Shown here: positions 17,571 to 27,152 of the stretch, piece after piece
Numbering within the stretch: position 1 is the stretch's first letter
How the letters are laid out: each line of letters opens with the position of its first letter
Notes under the pieces: model-generated
What the model was told of the DNA's origin: nothing
What the model saw: only the letters and a program-made list of their open reading frames with translations
The model's database searches: none
Sequence record: MT682709.1
Direction: 5' to 3' (one strand)
From: Escherichia phage vB_EcoM_SP1
Length of the DNA stretch: 64,000 nucleotides
Made by a program: the position numbers and the translations under genes

Positions 17571-18116
17571 ATGACGGTAGCGGCGAAACGATTAGTATTA
17601 GAAGTTAGTTCACTTTTTGGTGAATTGGCTATAGAAAAAGTAAATAATGTGTATCGTTTGACACAAGAAGACGATATGCTGTATTTTACGCCTAGTGAAA
17701 TCATTCATTTAACCAAAATTGAAAATCCTTATACTGATAAAATTGTAAGCATTAATGATGAGCATAAAATTCATTTTTATTCTTCATGCCCAGGATTTAA
17801 TATTGAAAGCGAGTCAATATGCTTATCAATTAATAATTGGGATAATTTTATAACTAACATTAAATATTTTTATGATTCTACTAAAAGAAAACATAATTTA
17901 AAATGGTTTAAAAAATGTAATGCTATTATTACTAACTCCTGTAATCAGAATGATGAAACTATTTTAAATGTTTCAAAATGCTATGAAGAGGGAGATGTAG
18001 TATCTATTCGTCAAATTGACGATTTTCGATCACATATCATTACATTAAACAAAGACGAAGCTATTGCGCTAAAGACTTATCTTGATTCTGTTATTCCAAC
18101 TATGATTTCAAAGTGA
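17571..18116 (+). CDS. hypothetical protein (181 aa), paralogue of 18123..18644
   Basis: Shares PGFNIESESICLSI and VSIRQ...EAIALKTYLDSVIPTM with the next gene. Confidence 0.6.
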   Translation: MTVAAKRLVLEVSSLFGELAIEKVNNVYRLTQEDDMLYFTPSEIIHLTKIENPYTDKIVSINDEHKIHFYSSCPGFNIESESICLSINNWDNFITNIKYFYDSTKRKHNLKWFKKCNAIITNSCNQNDETILNVSKCYEEGDVVSIRQIDDFRSHIITLNKDEAIALKTYLDSVIPTMISK

Positions 18117-18122
18117 GGAAAT

Positions 18123-18644
18123 ATGTTTATTTCAAGTGGAAGTGGTTTAATTCGTGTTGAATTTAAAAATGACATCTTCCTTATTCAAGGAGATGATATT
18201 ATTAAAATGAGTTATGACGAAATCAAGAAAATTTGTCATGCTCTTGAAATCCGTGGAAAAGTAAATGCTACTATCGATATAGGTGATTTATGGGTGACAC
18301 TTTATGAAGTATCCGAAGGATTTAACATTGAAGATGAAAACAACATCTTAGCTATTGATAAAAGAAGTGATTTGTTTGATGTGTTAAAAGTTTATGAACA
18401 GTCAAACGGTGGAAGAAAAGCTGCATTGATTTATCAAAAACCACATTCATGTGGAACTGCTTCAATCGTTTCAAATATTGAAGATGAAACTGATACTTAT
18501 ATGTGTGTTTTAAAAGCTGGTGGTGACCGTCATCCGGATTTTATTTCTATTCGTCAAAACAATGGAGAAATTTCATTATCAAAATCAGAAGCTGAAGCTA
18601 TGATTAAGTATTTAACAACTGTTACACCTTCAATGAAAGGATAA
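18123..18644 (+). CDS. hypothetical protein (173 aa), paralogue of 17571..18116
   Basis: EGFNIEDENNILAI and ISIRQ...EAEAMIKYLTTVTPSM. Confidence 0.6.
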   Translation: MFISSGSGLIRVEFKNDIFLIQGDDIIKMSYDEIKKICHALEIRGKVNATIDIGDLWVTLYEVSEGFNIEDENNILAIDKRSDLFDVLKVYEQSNGGRKAALIYQKPHSCGTASIVSNIEDETDTYMCVLKAGGDRHPDFISIRQNNGEISLSKSEAEAMIKYLTTVTPSMKG

Positions 18645-18646
18645 TT

Positions 18647-19108
18647 ATGATTATTAATGAAAGCTCTTGGCATTATAAATTATTCAAAATGTTTAACGAC
18701 GAATGGAAACGACCTAAGACACTGTGTGCATACTTTTGGTCTATTGTTATTCCTACATTTTTCGTTTCTTTTTTCGGATGTACTATACTCGCAGGTCTAA
18801 CTATCATCTGTGCAGAAATCATGCAGAAATGGCTTATTTTTGGTAGTTTATGGACTCTTATTCCATCAGCATTTATACTTGCCATTTTGCTTGTTTTACT
18901 TATTATTGGTTCATTTGTTATTCCTGCACAACTGCGTGAAAAATATAAAGATTATAAATGGAAAAAGGATTATGCTTTACATGTAGAAAATATTGATAGG
19001 GCGTATAAAGGTTTACCTCCTATTCAACCAAAGAAATCTATTATCGTCGAATTTTTAAAAGCGCGTAAAGCTAAAGTATGTCCTGTTATTGAATATAAGG
19101 CTAAATGA
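18647..19108 (+). CDS. membrane protein (153 aa; about three TM segments)
   Basis: Hydrophobic stretches; stop overlaps the next start (ATGATGA). Confidence 0.55.
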   Translation: MIINESSWHYKLFKMFNDEWKRPKTLCAYFWSIVIPTFFVSFFGCTILAGLTIICAEIMQKWLIFGSLWTLIPSAFILAILLVLLIIGSFVIPAQLREKYKDYKWKKDYALHVENIDRAYKGLPPIQPKKSIIVEFLKARKAKVCPVIEYKAK

Positions 19109-20118
19109 TGAAAACAATAATGAAAAGCTATTTTGGTAGTCATCTTTATGGAACTTCTACTCCAGAATCTGATGTAGATTTTAAAGAAATCTTTGTTCCT
19201 CCTGCTCGTGATATTCTTATCGGAAATGTTAAAGAGCATATGAGTAAAAACACTAACAACACATCATCTAAAAACACCAAAGATGATATTGACCATGAAC
19301 TATACAGTCTTAAATATTTCTTTAAATTAGCAGCAGATGGTGAAACTGTAGCATTGGATATGCTCCACACTCCACCTGAACTGGTAGTTAAATCTGATTT
19401 GCCTGATGTATGGAAGTTTATTCAAGACAATCGTTCACGGTTTTATACAACTAACATGAAATCCTATTTAGGATATGTTCGCAAGCAAGCTTCTAAATAT
19501 GGTGTTAAGGGTTCTCGTTTGGCCGCATTGCGTGATGTATTGAAAGCAGTTAATCAAATCCCTGATCAGTGGGTTGATTACCAAGAAGACGGTTCCATTA
19601 AGCAGCGTCGAACTAAAGTAGAAGATATTAAGCATCGTCTTCCAGAAAACGAGTTCTGTGAATGGGTATTCCATAATCATGAGAAAACAGGCCCGCAAAC
19701 GTTCTATACTGTGTTGGGTCGTAAATATCAGACAACACTTTCTCTTATTGAGCTTAAGCAGTCTTTGAATAAACTTGATGCTGAATACGGCGAACGTGCT
19801 CGTAAGGCTGAAGCGAATGAGGGTATTGACTGGAAAGCACTGAGCCATGCTTGTCGTGGTGGACTCCAACTATTGGAAATTTACAAAACTGGTGACTTGG
19901 TTTATCCACTCCAAGATGCTCCATTTATTCTCGATGTGAAGTTGGGTAAACATCCATTTAAAACGATCCAAGAGTTTTTGGAAGATGTGGTCGATCAAGT
20001 AGAAGCAGCATCCATTGAAGCTTCTAAGAACGGTATGCAGCAAAAAGTAGACATGGGTTTCTGGGATGACTTCCTTGAGAGGGTTTATCTTGAAAACCAC
20101 CGAAGTTATTATAAATAA
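19105..20118 (+). CDS. predicted nucleotidyltransferase (Pol-beta superfamily fold), 337 aa
   Basis: N-terminal motif GSHLYGTSTPESDVDF (GS-x9-SDxD) with a further acidic residue in DIDHE; helical C-terminal domain. Confidence 0.5.
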   Translation: MMKTIMKSYFGSHLYGTSTPESDVDFKEIFVPPARDILIGNVKEHMSKNTNNTSSKNTKDDIDHELYSLKYFFKLAADGETVALDMLHTPPELVVKSDLPDVWKFIQDNRSRFYTTNMKSYLGYVRKQASKYGVKGSRLAALRDVLKAVNQIPDQWVDYQEDGSIKQRRTKVEDIKHRLPENEFCEWVFHNHEKTGPQTFYTVLGRKYQTTLSLIELKQSLNKLDAEYGERARKAEANEGIDWKALSHACRGGLQLLEIYKTGDLVYPLQDAPFILDVKLGKHPFKTIQEFLEDVVDQVEAASIEASKNGMQQKVDMGFWDDFLERVYLENHRSYYK

Positions 20119-20121
20119 AAA

Positions 20122-20145
20122 GGGAGCCTTCGGGCTCCCTTTTTA
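20122..20145 (+). terminator. rho-independent terminator (UUCG hairpin)
   Basis: GGGAGCC-TTCG-GGCTCCC followed by TTTTT. Confidence 0.7.
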
Positions 20146-20149
20146 TTTC

Positions 20150-20235
20150 AAAATTTTTTCACAAAACGGTTTACAAGCATAAAGCTTTATGGTACTATAC
20201 AACTATCAACTGATACGGATTTGGAGAATAAAATG
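20150..20235 (+). repeat. early promoter-leader cassette, copy C
   Basis: AAATTTTTTCACAAAACGGTTTACA...GGTACTATACAACTATCAACTGATACGGATTTGGAGAATAAAATG; GTTTAC 20169-20174, TACTAT 20193-20198. Confidence 0.6.
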
Positions 20236-21201
20236 AAAACTGTAACTATCAATAAGGGTATCTACTTCGGTAAAGAAATCTCTGGAACTTTTGAGCTCTT
20301 AGGCGAATGGTTCCCAGATAATGCTCCGGTAGATGCACAAGGAGATGGTAAAGTTTTTGTTGAAATTGACGGTAAACGTCGCGGTGTTTGGGTTTACAAA
20401 TCAGATATTTCATATGATGGTGTAAAAGTTGAAGAAGTTAAAGAATCATATGAAGATATGAAAATCCGCATTAATAAAAGATTTAATGTTATGGGAATGA
20501 TGACGAATGGTATTATTAATGGAAATATTCGTTCATTAATTATCTCTGGCGCAGCAGGTATTGGTAAAACGTATTCTTTAGATAAAGCTTTGAATAAAGC
20601 AAATGATATTGGATACATTGAATATAAAAGCATTAATGGTAAAATCTCTGGTATTGGTCTTTATGAGCAGCTTTGGAATAATCGTGAAGAGAATTCTGTC
20701 CTTTTGATTGATGATGTGGATGTTTTCTCTGATATGGACATTCTTAATCTTCTAAAAGCTGCTCTGGACACTGGAGAGACCCGTAAAGTCTGCTGGAGCA
20801 CTGCATCTTCTTACTTAGAAGAAAAAGGCATTGACCGTGAGTTTGAATTTAAAGGAACGATTGTTTTTATCACAAACGTTGACATTGACCGCGAATTAGA
20901 CCGTGGTACTAAACTTGCCCCACACTTACAAGCATTGGTGTCCCGCTCAGTTTATTTGGATTTGGGTGTTCACACTAATGAAGAAATTATGGTCAGGGTT
21001 GAAGATGTTATTCTTTCAACTGACATGATGCAAAAGCGCGGTCTTTCTGATGAAGAAACTTATAAAGCATTATCATGGATGAAAGTTAATGTTAATCGTT
21101 TACGCAATGTTTCACTGCGTACTGCTCTTTATCTTGCTGACTTTATTATGACCGACAAAAACGGTTGGGAAGAAATTGCTGAGGTTACTCTTCTGAAATA
21201 A
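20233..21201 (+). CDS. AAA+ family ATPase (Walker A GAAGIGKT, Walker B LLIDDVD), 322 aa
   Basis: ATG 20233 after GGAGAATAAA (track begins at TTG 20221); Walker motifs. Confidence 0.6.
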   Translation: MKTVTINKGIYFGKEISGTFELLGEWFPDNAPVDAQGDGKVFVEIDGKRRGVWVYKSDISYDGVKVEEVKESYEDMKIRINKRFNVMGMMTNGIINGNIRSLIISGAAGIGKTYSLDKALNKANDIGYIEYKSINGKISGIGLYEQLWNNREENSVLLIDDVDVFSDMDILNLLKAALDTGETRKVCWSTASSYLEEKGIDREFEFKGTIVFITNVDIDRELDRGTKLAPHLQALVSRSVYLDLGVHTNEEIMVRVEDVILSTDMMQKRGLSDEETYKALSWMKVNVNRLRNVSLRTALYLADFIMTDKNGWEEIAEVTLLK

Positions 21202-21302
21202 TTCATAAGAGGACTTCTATGACAAAAAGGCAGTTCAGAAATAGATTATATGGACTGCCATCAAAAAGATGACTAGAATTAAACTGGTAAATGGAGGTAG
21301 TG

Positions 21303-21605
21303 ATGTTATACTCAAAGGCTCGTGAAATTTACGAAACTAAAATTAAAGAAGCAGTATTTCAATTCGCAACGACAATGCGATGGACAAATGACTGGGAGTA
21401 TTCAAAAAATCATAAGAAGCCCATGGTGACAAGAAAGGCTCATATGTTAGTGTTAATAGACCGTGAGCAGATTAAAGCCCGAGAAGCTCTCCAGAATCAT
21501 AAAAAGGCTGCCTTTGAATGGTTTATGGATAACACTGCTCCTGAGACTAAGAAAGCGGTAAGCGCATGGTTCAGTGGAAAAAATTGTGAAAGAAGTTTCT
21601 TTTAG
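21303..21605 (+). CDS. hypothetical protein (about 100 aa)
   Basis: Start uncertain: ATG 21303 after GGAGGT, or ATG 21291. Confidence 0.45.
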   Translation: MLYSKAREIYETKIKEAVFQFATTMRWTNDWEYSKNHKKPMVTRKAHMLVLIDREQIKAREALQNHKKAAFEWFMDNTAPETKKAVSAWFSGKNCERSFF

Positions 21606-21607
21606 TG

Positions 21608-21637
21608 GTTTACAAGACTGTTCCTCTGTGGTACTAT
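21608..21637 (+). promoter_or_regulatory. T4-type early promoter (cassette copy D)
   Basis: GTTTAC 21608-21613, TACTAT 21632-21637, leader ACAACTATCAACTACGGAGGAACAGAAAATG. Confidence 0.55.
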
Positions 21638-21665
21638 ACAACTATCAACTACGGAGGAACAGAAA

Positions 21666-22193
21666 ATGAACGCTAAAGATATTTTCAACCTGGTAAATTA
21701 CAACGATGGTAAATTTAAATCTGAAGCACAAAGTAAGTTCTTTAACGACATCTCAATCGGAGGTGAAATCACTGTTGATGGAGGACAAATTTACAAATCC
21801 CGTTGGAATTGGATCGTTATTATCGATGAGATTGGTATTGTAGAAATTTACAAGAATACGAATAAAAATCGTACATTACACTGGTCTCGTGATACTAACG
21901 AACAGTACAAAAAGGATAAAGCATCTAAAATGTCTCGTGTAACTCAAGAAGATATTGAGTTCATCAAGAAAGATATTTTAATGTATGATAACTTAATTGC
22001 TGAAGAGCAAGCTGTTATTGATAAATTTGATGAGATTAAAGCTTCTCGTGAAATTCCTGATTTTATGAAAGAATCAGTAAATGAACGATACTCTCTCATT
22101 TCAGAGCGTATTGAAACTTACAAAAAGCAAAGAGCTGAACGCCAAAATACTCTTCGGAAGTTTGAAGAACGGTTAAAGACGGTACTCGCATAA
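21666..22193 (+). CDS. hypothetical protein (175 aa)
   Basis: ATG with GGAGGAACAGAAA RBS. Confidence 0.6.
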   Translation: MNAKDIFNLVNYNDGKFKSEAQSKFFNDISIGGEITVDGGQIYKSRWNWIVIIDEIGIVEIYKNTNKNRTLHWSRDTNEQYKKDKASKMSRVTQEDIEFIKKDILMYDNLIAEEQAVIDKFDEIKASREIPDFMKESVNERYSLISERIETYKKQRAERQNTLRKFEERLKTVLA

Positions 22194-22248
22194 CCGCTTT
22201 ATACCAAGGATGGTATAATGGTTCTAAGCCCTTTTAATTGAGATTATT

Positions 22249-22656
22249 ATGAAACAGTTGATAATTAAAAGATTGAATTTATTGATATGTTGTTTATGTG
22301 TAGTAGTTGCATATGGTTATTACGCAATTAATGATTATATGCACTATAAAGATTATGATGTTACTGTAGTTAATACTATTACAGGAACACAAGGAAAGGG
22401 GTCTAGTTTATCGTTTATTGCCGTATATGAACTCAAAGACGGTTATAGATTTAGTGAATATATTTCCCCAGAGATGTATTCTTCAATAGAAAAAGGTGAT
22501 AATATTACTGTAAGTTTACGTCCTTTCGACGTAAAACAGACACTGTTTGATAATATTGTTTGGTTCTTTGGGATGGTATTAGTTCAATCCGTGTGTGGTG
22601 CTTATATAGTCTGTTCAATCATATTCTGTGTATTTAGTAAAATTGAAATTGAGTGA
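22249..22656 (+). CDS. membrane protein (135 aa)
   Basis: N- and C-terminal hydrophobic segments; possible middle promoter (CGCTTTA box, TATAAT 22214-22219) upstream. Confidence 0.5.
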   Translation: MKQLIIKRLNLLICCLCVVVAYGYYAINDYMHYKDYDVTVVNTITGTQGKGSSLSFIAVYELKDGYRFSEYISPEMYSSIEKGDNITVSLRPFDVKQTLFDNIVWFFGMVLVQSVCGAYIVCSIIFCVFSKIEIE

Positions 22657-22663
22657 GGAAAAT

Positions 22664-23551
22664 ATGTCAGTAGTAATTAATAATGTCAATACAGTAATTA
22701 AATCTTTAGTTAATAAAAAATTGAATGAATGGACTGTACTTCGTCGTGGAGAGCCAGATAAATTTTTTCATAGATTTAACCTAACTCTGAATTTGAATGT
22801 TATTGACAAAGATGTTCATGCTGAAATTTTAGATAAATTTAAAGTTGATATTGGATTTGGATTAGAAAAACATCTACAGCGAACACACGAGTCTGGAATG
22901 GATTTATCTAATCGCATTATGAAAGCCCTTAATAAAATTGGAGCGCTGTCTCGTATTAATGCGAGTGAAATCCTTCGTAATTATAATAAAGGATATGACC
23001 TTTATGGTCGACTAATGCCGAAATTATCGTTTGACCAAATGATTGCGGATTTGTGGGAAAATCAACGACGATTATTAGCATTGGGCGCTCGATTAGCTAA
23101 AGGTCTAGATAAACAAATGATTTTTAAGACCAATAATACAGAAGACCTTAAATGCTTTAAATTTAGTATGCGTGGAGATGATTATTACATCAGAGCTCAC
23201 TCTACAGATTATGTTAATATGGGGCATCATCTCTGTTTAGCTTTTGAAGTTTTAAAAGAAGCTGGAACATTAGAATATTCATCTGGTGCAAAATGCCCGA
23301 TTGGTTCAAATTGTATTTTGATTTATCGCCCGGATGAATCCAGTTCAACTAAATTGCCTACAAAACCTGTACCAGTTCGTAGTAACGAAAAACATTCTGA
23401 ACAAATTGATTATTTTAATAAGCAAATTGAAGAGCTGAATATTTCTATTCAACAATACGACGATGAAATTTTCAGACTATCTGGATTGAGTAGTAAAGCT
23501 AAATCTGAGCGTGAAAAATTAATTAAAATTGTTGATTTACTTAAATCTTAA
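22664..23551 (+). CDS. hypothetical protein with C-terminal coiled coil (295 aa), tandem family member 1
   Basis: ATG 22664 after GAGTGAGGAAAAT; C-terminal heptad region ...IEELNISIQQYDDEIFRL...KLIKIVDLLKS. Confidence 0.6.
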   Translation: MSVVINNVNTVIKSLVNKKLNEWTVLRRGEPDKFFHRFNLTLNLNVIDKDVHAEILDKFKVDIGFGLEKHLQRTHESGMDLSNRIMKALNKIGALSRINASEILRNYNKGYDLYGRLMPKLSFDQMIADLWENQRRLLALGARLAKGLDKQMIFKTNNTEDLKCFKFSMRGDDYYIRAHSTDYVNMGHHLCLAFEVLKEAGTLEYSSGAKCPIGSNCILIYRPDESSSTKLPTKPVPVRSNEKHSEQIDYFNKQIEELNISIQQYDDEIFRLSGLSSKAKSEREKLIKIVDLLKS

Positions 23552-23559
23552 GGAACACC

Positions 23560-24588
23560 ATGAAAACTCGTTCTCAAATTGAAGATATGGTTCGTAATGC
23601 CAGCTATACCCGTGATGTTATGACATTTTTGTGTGAAAATAATTTAGACCCTGATAAAGTTAATCGTGTTATTCATCACTTTAAGTATACGAATAGCAGT
23701 GAATGGGTGCGTAATTTTAGCGAAGCAGGGTATATTACGCAAATGACGGCTCGTGAGCAGCTCACCGATTTCTGTAAAACTATTGATTATAAAAATCCTC
23801 TATTTGTTCAAGGCGTTGGTCAAAGTAAGGTCGATTTATCATCTGGATTTTTTAATCCAAATCATTATCGTATTGAATGGAGATTTATTGCTCTGTTCCG
23901 TAGACAATTAAAGCAAATTTTATCAACTGCGAGTCGATTAAAAGGTTCTGATATTAACTTAAAGAATCTGAAATTTGATGGTTATACTCTTCAGATGGAA
24001 GTAAGACCATTAAAAGAAAATAATAGAACTGCACGAATTAGCTTTAAACCTAATACAAAAAATTCTCTTTCAATTTGCGAATGCCTTAAATCACAGTTAA
24101 CAGAAGCATTTAAGTATATGGATGTTGTTGCTGCTGTTCAATCTAAGATTTTACCTCGTTTTGAACGATTTAAGTTAGATACAACATCATATGAACTTGA
24201 TATGATCGTTTCATTTAAATACGATTTTTTGAGAAAGGACGAAGTCCCGCAAGAGAAAAAGCAGGAAGCGCAAGATAACTTAAATTTAAATTTATCCAAT
24301 TACTCATCAAACGATCCTAAATTTTGGATGTATAGCTCAAGCAATATAGATGCATGTAAACTTAATAAAGTGAGTTTTCTTCCTACTGAAAATTCAAATT
24401 TTAAACCTGTAGAAAAATGGCACGCTGACGCGATTGAGAAGTCTCTTAAGGCAGTAGATGATGAACTCGTTAAAGCGACCAATGAAGTGCTAGAAGCTGA
24501 AAAGGCGTTAGAACAAGCTCAGTCAAGGGTTCAAAATCTGACAAAGCAACGTTCTAAACTGAACAATGCACTAAATGCACTGAACTAG
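23560..24588 (+). CDS. hypothetical protein with C-terminal coiled coil (342 aa), family member 2
   Basis: C-terminus ...EAEKALEQAQSRVQNLTKQRSKLNNALNALN. Confidence 0.6.
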   Translation: MKTRSQIEDMVRNASYTRDVMTFLCENNLDPDKVNRVIHHFKYTNSSEWVRNFSEAGYITQMTAREQLTDFCKTIDYKNPLFVQGVGQSKVDLSSGFFNPNHYRIEWRFIALFRRQLKQILSTASRLKGSDINLKNLKFDGYTLQMEVRPLKENNRTARISFKPNTKNSLSICECLKSQLTEAFKYMDVVAAVQSKILPRFERFKLDTTSYELDMIVSFKYDFLRKDEVPQEKKQEAQDNLNLNLSNYSSNDPKFWMYSSSNIDACKLNKVSFLPTENSNFKPVEKWHADAIEKSLKAVDDELVKATNEVLEAEKALEQAQSRVQNLTKQRSKLNNALNALN

Positions 24589-24617
24589 TTTACTTCACCA
24601 CAAGGATGTGGTATAAT
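24588..24617 (+). promoter_or_regulatory. T4-type early promoter
   Basis: GTTTAC 24588-24593, TGGTATAAT 24609-24617. Confidence 0.55.
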
Positions 24618-24645
24618 GTTCTTACTTTCTACTGAGGAGATTATT

Positions 24646-25647
24646 ATGACTCGTAACGAATATATCAAATCATTCAATAGAGTTATTGATGATAAAGCTA
24701 TACCGATGTTTGGCCAAAATAGCGTTCTTTCTATTATCAATCAGTGGCTCAATAGTGTTGATGCAAGTATTGTTTCTTCTGCTAAATTTATTCATGAAAT
24801 TCGTAAAATTTCTAGCCGTGTAGATAAAGATGTTATCAAGAAAACCTTTAAAGAGTCTCGTCTTCTTTCATATTTGGTTAATCGGGATATTCTTGGTAAT
24901 TTTGGGAAAGAAATTAAACGAACCAAAGATGTAGTAGGATATAATTGGTTCGGTGATGTTAATTCTTATCATCTTAATAATAAAGAAGACCCTGAGAATA
25001 TTTTTACTCGTCGTTGGATTAGTAATTTCAGACTTTTCAAAGGACAGATTCTAAAATCAGCTTCTAAATTATGTTATGGCGATTATCGTCAAATTCATCC
25101 TTTGGCTTCTGATATGATTATCATAAAAGAATATGAACTTGATAAAAATAAAGTATCTATTTTTGTGAATTATGGATTTTTTACACCAGAAGCTAACCAA
25201 AAGAACATTAATAAATTTTTCTCAATTGCTAGCACTATAACTCGTCAATTAGAGACCGCATTACTTTGTATGGAAACAGTAGAAAATATTCATACTTATC
25301 CTTTTAAGAATATATGCGGTTGGGAAGGATATAAAATTGTAATTAGTCTTCGTGAAGTAAAGTGCGCGTACTCACCTACTAATAAAGAAATTTATCAACA
25401 AAAATGTGAGGAAATTGTGAATACCCCTAAAGAAGAAACTACCCTTGAGGAACTAATGGATAATCTTGACGATTCGCCTGAACCGGTAGAAATTCGTCCA
25501 GAAGTTATTGCACTAGAAAAAGCTTATAAAGAAGTTCTAGAAATTTCTAATAAAGCACAGAAAGAATATGAGCAGGCTAAAAGGATTTGGGAAGAATCTG
25601 TTAATCGCCTAGATCGTCTTGAACAAGCTTTACAGTTAATTAAGTAA
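24646..25647 (+). CDS. hypothetical protein with C-terminal coiled coil (333 aa), family member 3
   Basis: ATG 24646 after GAGGAGATTATT; C-terminus ...KEYEQAKRIWEESVNRLDRLEQALQLIK. Confidence 0.6.
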   Translation: MTRNEYIKSFNRVIDDKAIPMFGQNSVLSIINQWLNSVDASIVSSAKFIHEIRKISSRVDKDVIKKTFKESRLLSYLVNRDILGNFGKEIKRTKDVVGYNWFGDVNSYHLNNKEDPENIFTRRWISNFRLFKGQILKSASKLCYGDYRQIHPLASDMIIIKEYELDKNKVSIFVNYGFFTPEANQKNINKFFSIASTITRQLETALLCMETVENIHTYPFKNICGWEGYKIVISLREVKCAYSPTNKEIYQQKCEEIVNTPKEETTLEELMDNLDDSPEPVEIRPEVIALEKAYKEVLEISNKAQKEYEQAKRIWEESVNRLDRLEQALQLIK

Positions 25648-25699
25648 TTTAAAGCCAAGGATGGCTCGGAGTATAAATCATTAACCAAGTGAGAAGAAC

Positions 25700-26629
25700 A
25701 TGAAAACTCGTAAACATTATATTGATTATTTTGATAGTCTTATTACTAAACACCGTAATTATCATATCGGGCACAGAGCAGTAATCAATAATATTCTTCG
25801 TGATTTCCTTCAATATGTTGGCCAGGAAAATCATATCTGTAAAGATACTCAAAACGCTTATTCTCATTCGTTAGGCAATTTGCTTGAATGGTTTAAACGT
25901 TCTCGTATGTTATCTTCTACTATAGCTCATGAGAACATTAAAAACTTTATGAAGCCGAGCTTCATTAAATCTGAGACATCTATAACCGATTTGGTTGAAT
26001 TTACTATTGTTAACGATGTTAAAAAGACCCATTTGGCTGATTGGTTATCTACCATTCCCGAAACTAAATTTGCTGATAAATTTGCTTGTCAATTCAATGA
26101 CCAAGTGAATATGCTTTTTAAGCATGCTCGCAAACTGTTTACCGCTGGCGATGACCGTACAAATACAGTTCATGTTAAGGATTGGGTTATTGCTGATGAA
26201 GTAACACACAAGCCAGGTGGTTCATCAGTATTAATTAATATCCAGGTTCCTTATTATTACTCACGTAATCTCGGCACCATGACAGCTAAAGAAATTAATA
26301 AGCACAACAAAACTATTCGTTCGTTGTCTTATAAACTTCGCATGATGTTAAAAATTATGGACGTAGTAGAAATGTATGATGAAACCGAAGATAATGGTTC
26401 AATGTTATACAGTTCACGCATTCTAATTAAACTGAAGAACCCTAATACGTATAAGCCAGTTGTAAAAGAACCTAAAGTAGAAAAGGTTGATAACTTGAGC
26501 GAAGAACGCGAATATCTCAAATCTCGACTGGTTGAAGTTGAAGCCCAAATTGCAGAACACACCAAATTGTTAAAAGCTCTTAATGCAAAAGCAAATGGTT
26601 TACGTAATGCTATTGAGGTACTGAAATGA
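25700..26629 (+). CDS. hypothetical protein with C-terminal coiled coil (309 aa), family member 4
   Basis: C-terminus ...[42 protein letters not shown]. Confidence 0.6.
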   Translation: MKTRKHYIDYFDSLITKHRNYHIGHRAVINNILRDFLQYVGQENHICKDTQNAYSHSLGNLLEWFKRSRMLSSTIAHENIKNFMKPSFIKSETSITDLVEFTIVNDVKKTHLADWLSTIPETKFADKFACQFNDQVNMLFKHARKLFTAGDDRTNTVHVKDWVIADEVTHKPGGSSVLINIQVPYYYSRNLGTMTAKEINKHNKTIRSLSYKLRMMLKIMDVVEMYDETEDNGSMLYSSRILIKLKNPNTYKPVVKEPKVEKVDNLSEEREYLKSRLVEVEAQIAEHTKLLKALNAKANGLRNAIEVLK

Positions 26630-26922
26630 AAAAGCGTTTATTAGAAGATATTGCCGAAGCTTCAGATTTTCCTGAATGGACTCCATGCGTTGGGTTTGAT
26701 AAAGGACTGCTAGTTACTGACGATTTAGATTTTAAACCTCCAGCATGGGATGCCATTATGGCTATGGTTGAACGTCGTGAAAGGGCTTCTAAAAACGTTC
26801 CTAATTGCCCTGAATGTGGAACTGAACAGGTGCAATTGGTCCATTGGCAGACTAGTAATCTTCGTTATAAATGTCGCCATTGCAAACACCGATTTGACCG
26901 AGAAGAAAATGACCAAGCGTAA
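26626..26922 (+). CDS. zinc-ribbon protein (98 aa)
   Basis: CPECG...CRHCKHRF four-Cys motif; ATG overlaps previous stop. Confidence 0.5.
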   Translation: MKKRLLEDIAEASDFPEWTPCVGFDKGLLVTDDLDFKPPAWDAIMAMVERRERASKNVPNCPECGTEQVQLVHWQTSNLRYKCRHCKHRFDREENDQA

Positions 26923-27151
26923 AGAATATATGGAGGCTGCTGAAAAGGCAGTCCGTGAATTAGCAATAGCTTATTATAATGAACATGGTAAATTTCCTGA
27001 TAGATACAGCGTACTTAAATCTGCTTTAACTCGTTCATATAAAAATATGCTATCAGAAGTAAGTGATATTATATACAAACATAAAGAACAAACGGGCCAA
27101 AGTCTTGATTACGACGAGACTTTTAAACAAGTACTAGGAATTAAGGAATAA
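26909..27151 (+). CDS. hypothetical protein (about 80 aa)
   Basis: In-frame ATG 26909 (alternative 26930) within a longer track ORF. Confidence 0.4.
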   Translation: MTKRKEYMEAAEKAVRELAIAYYNEHGKFPDRYSVLKSALTRSYKNMLSEVSDIIYKHKEQTGQSLDYDETFKQVLGIKE

Positions 27152-27152
27152 T

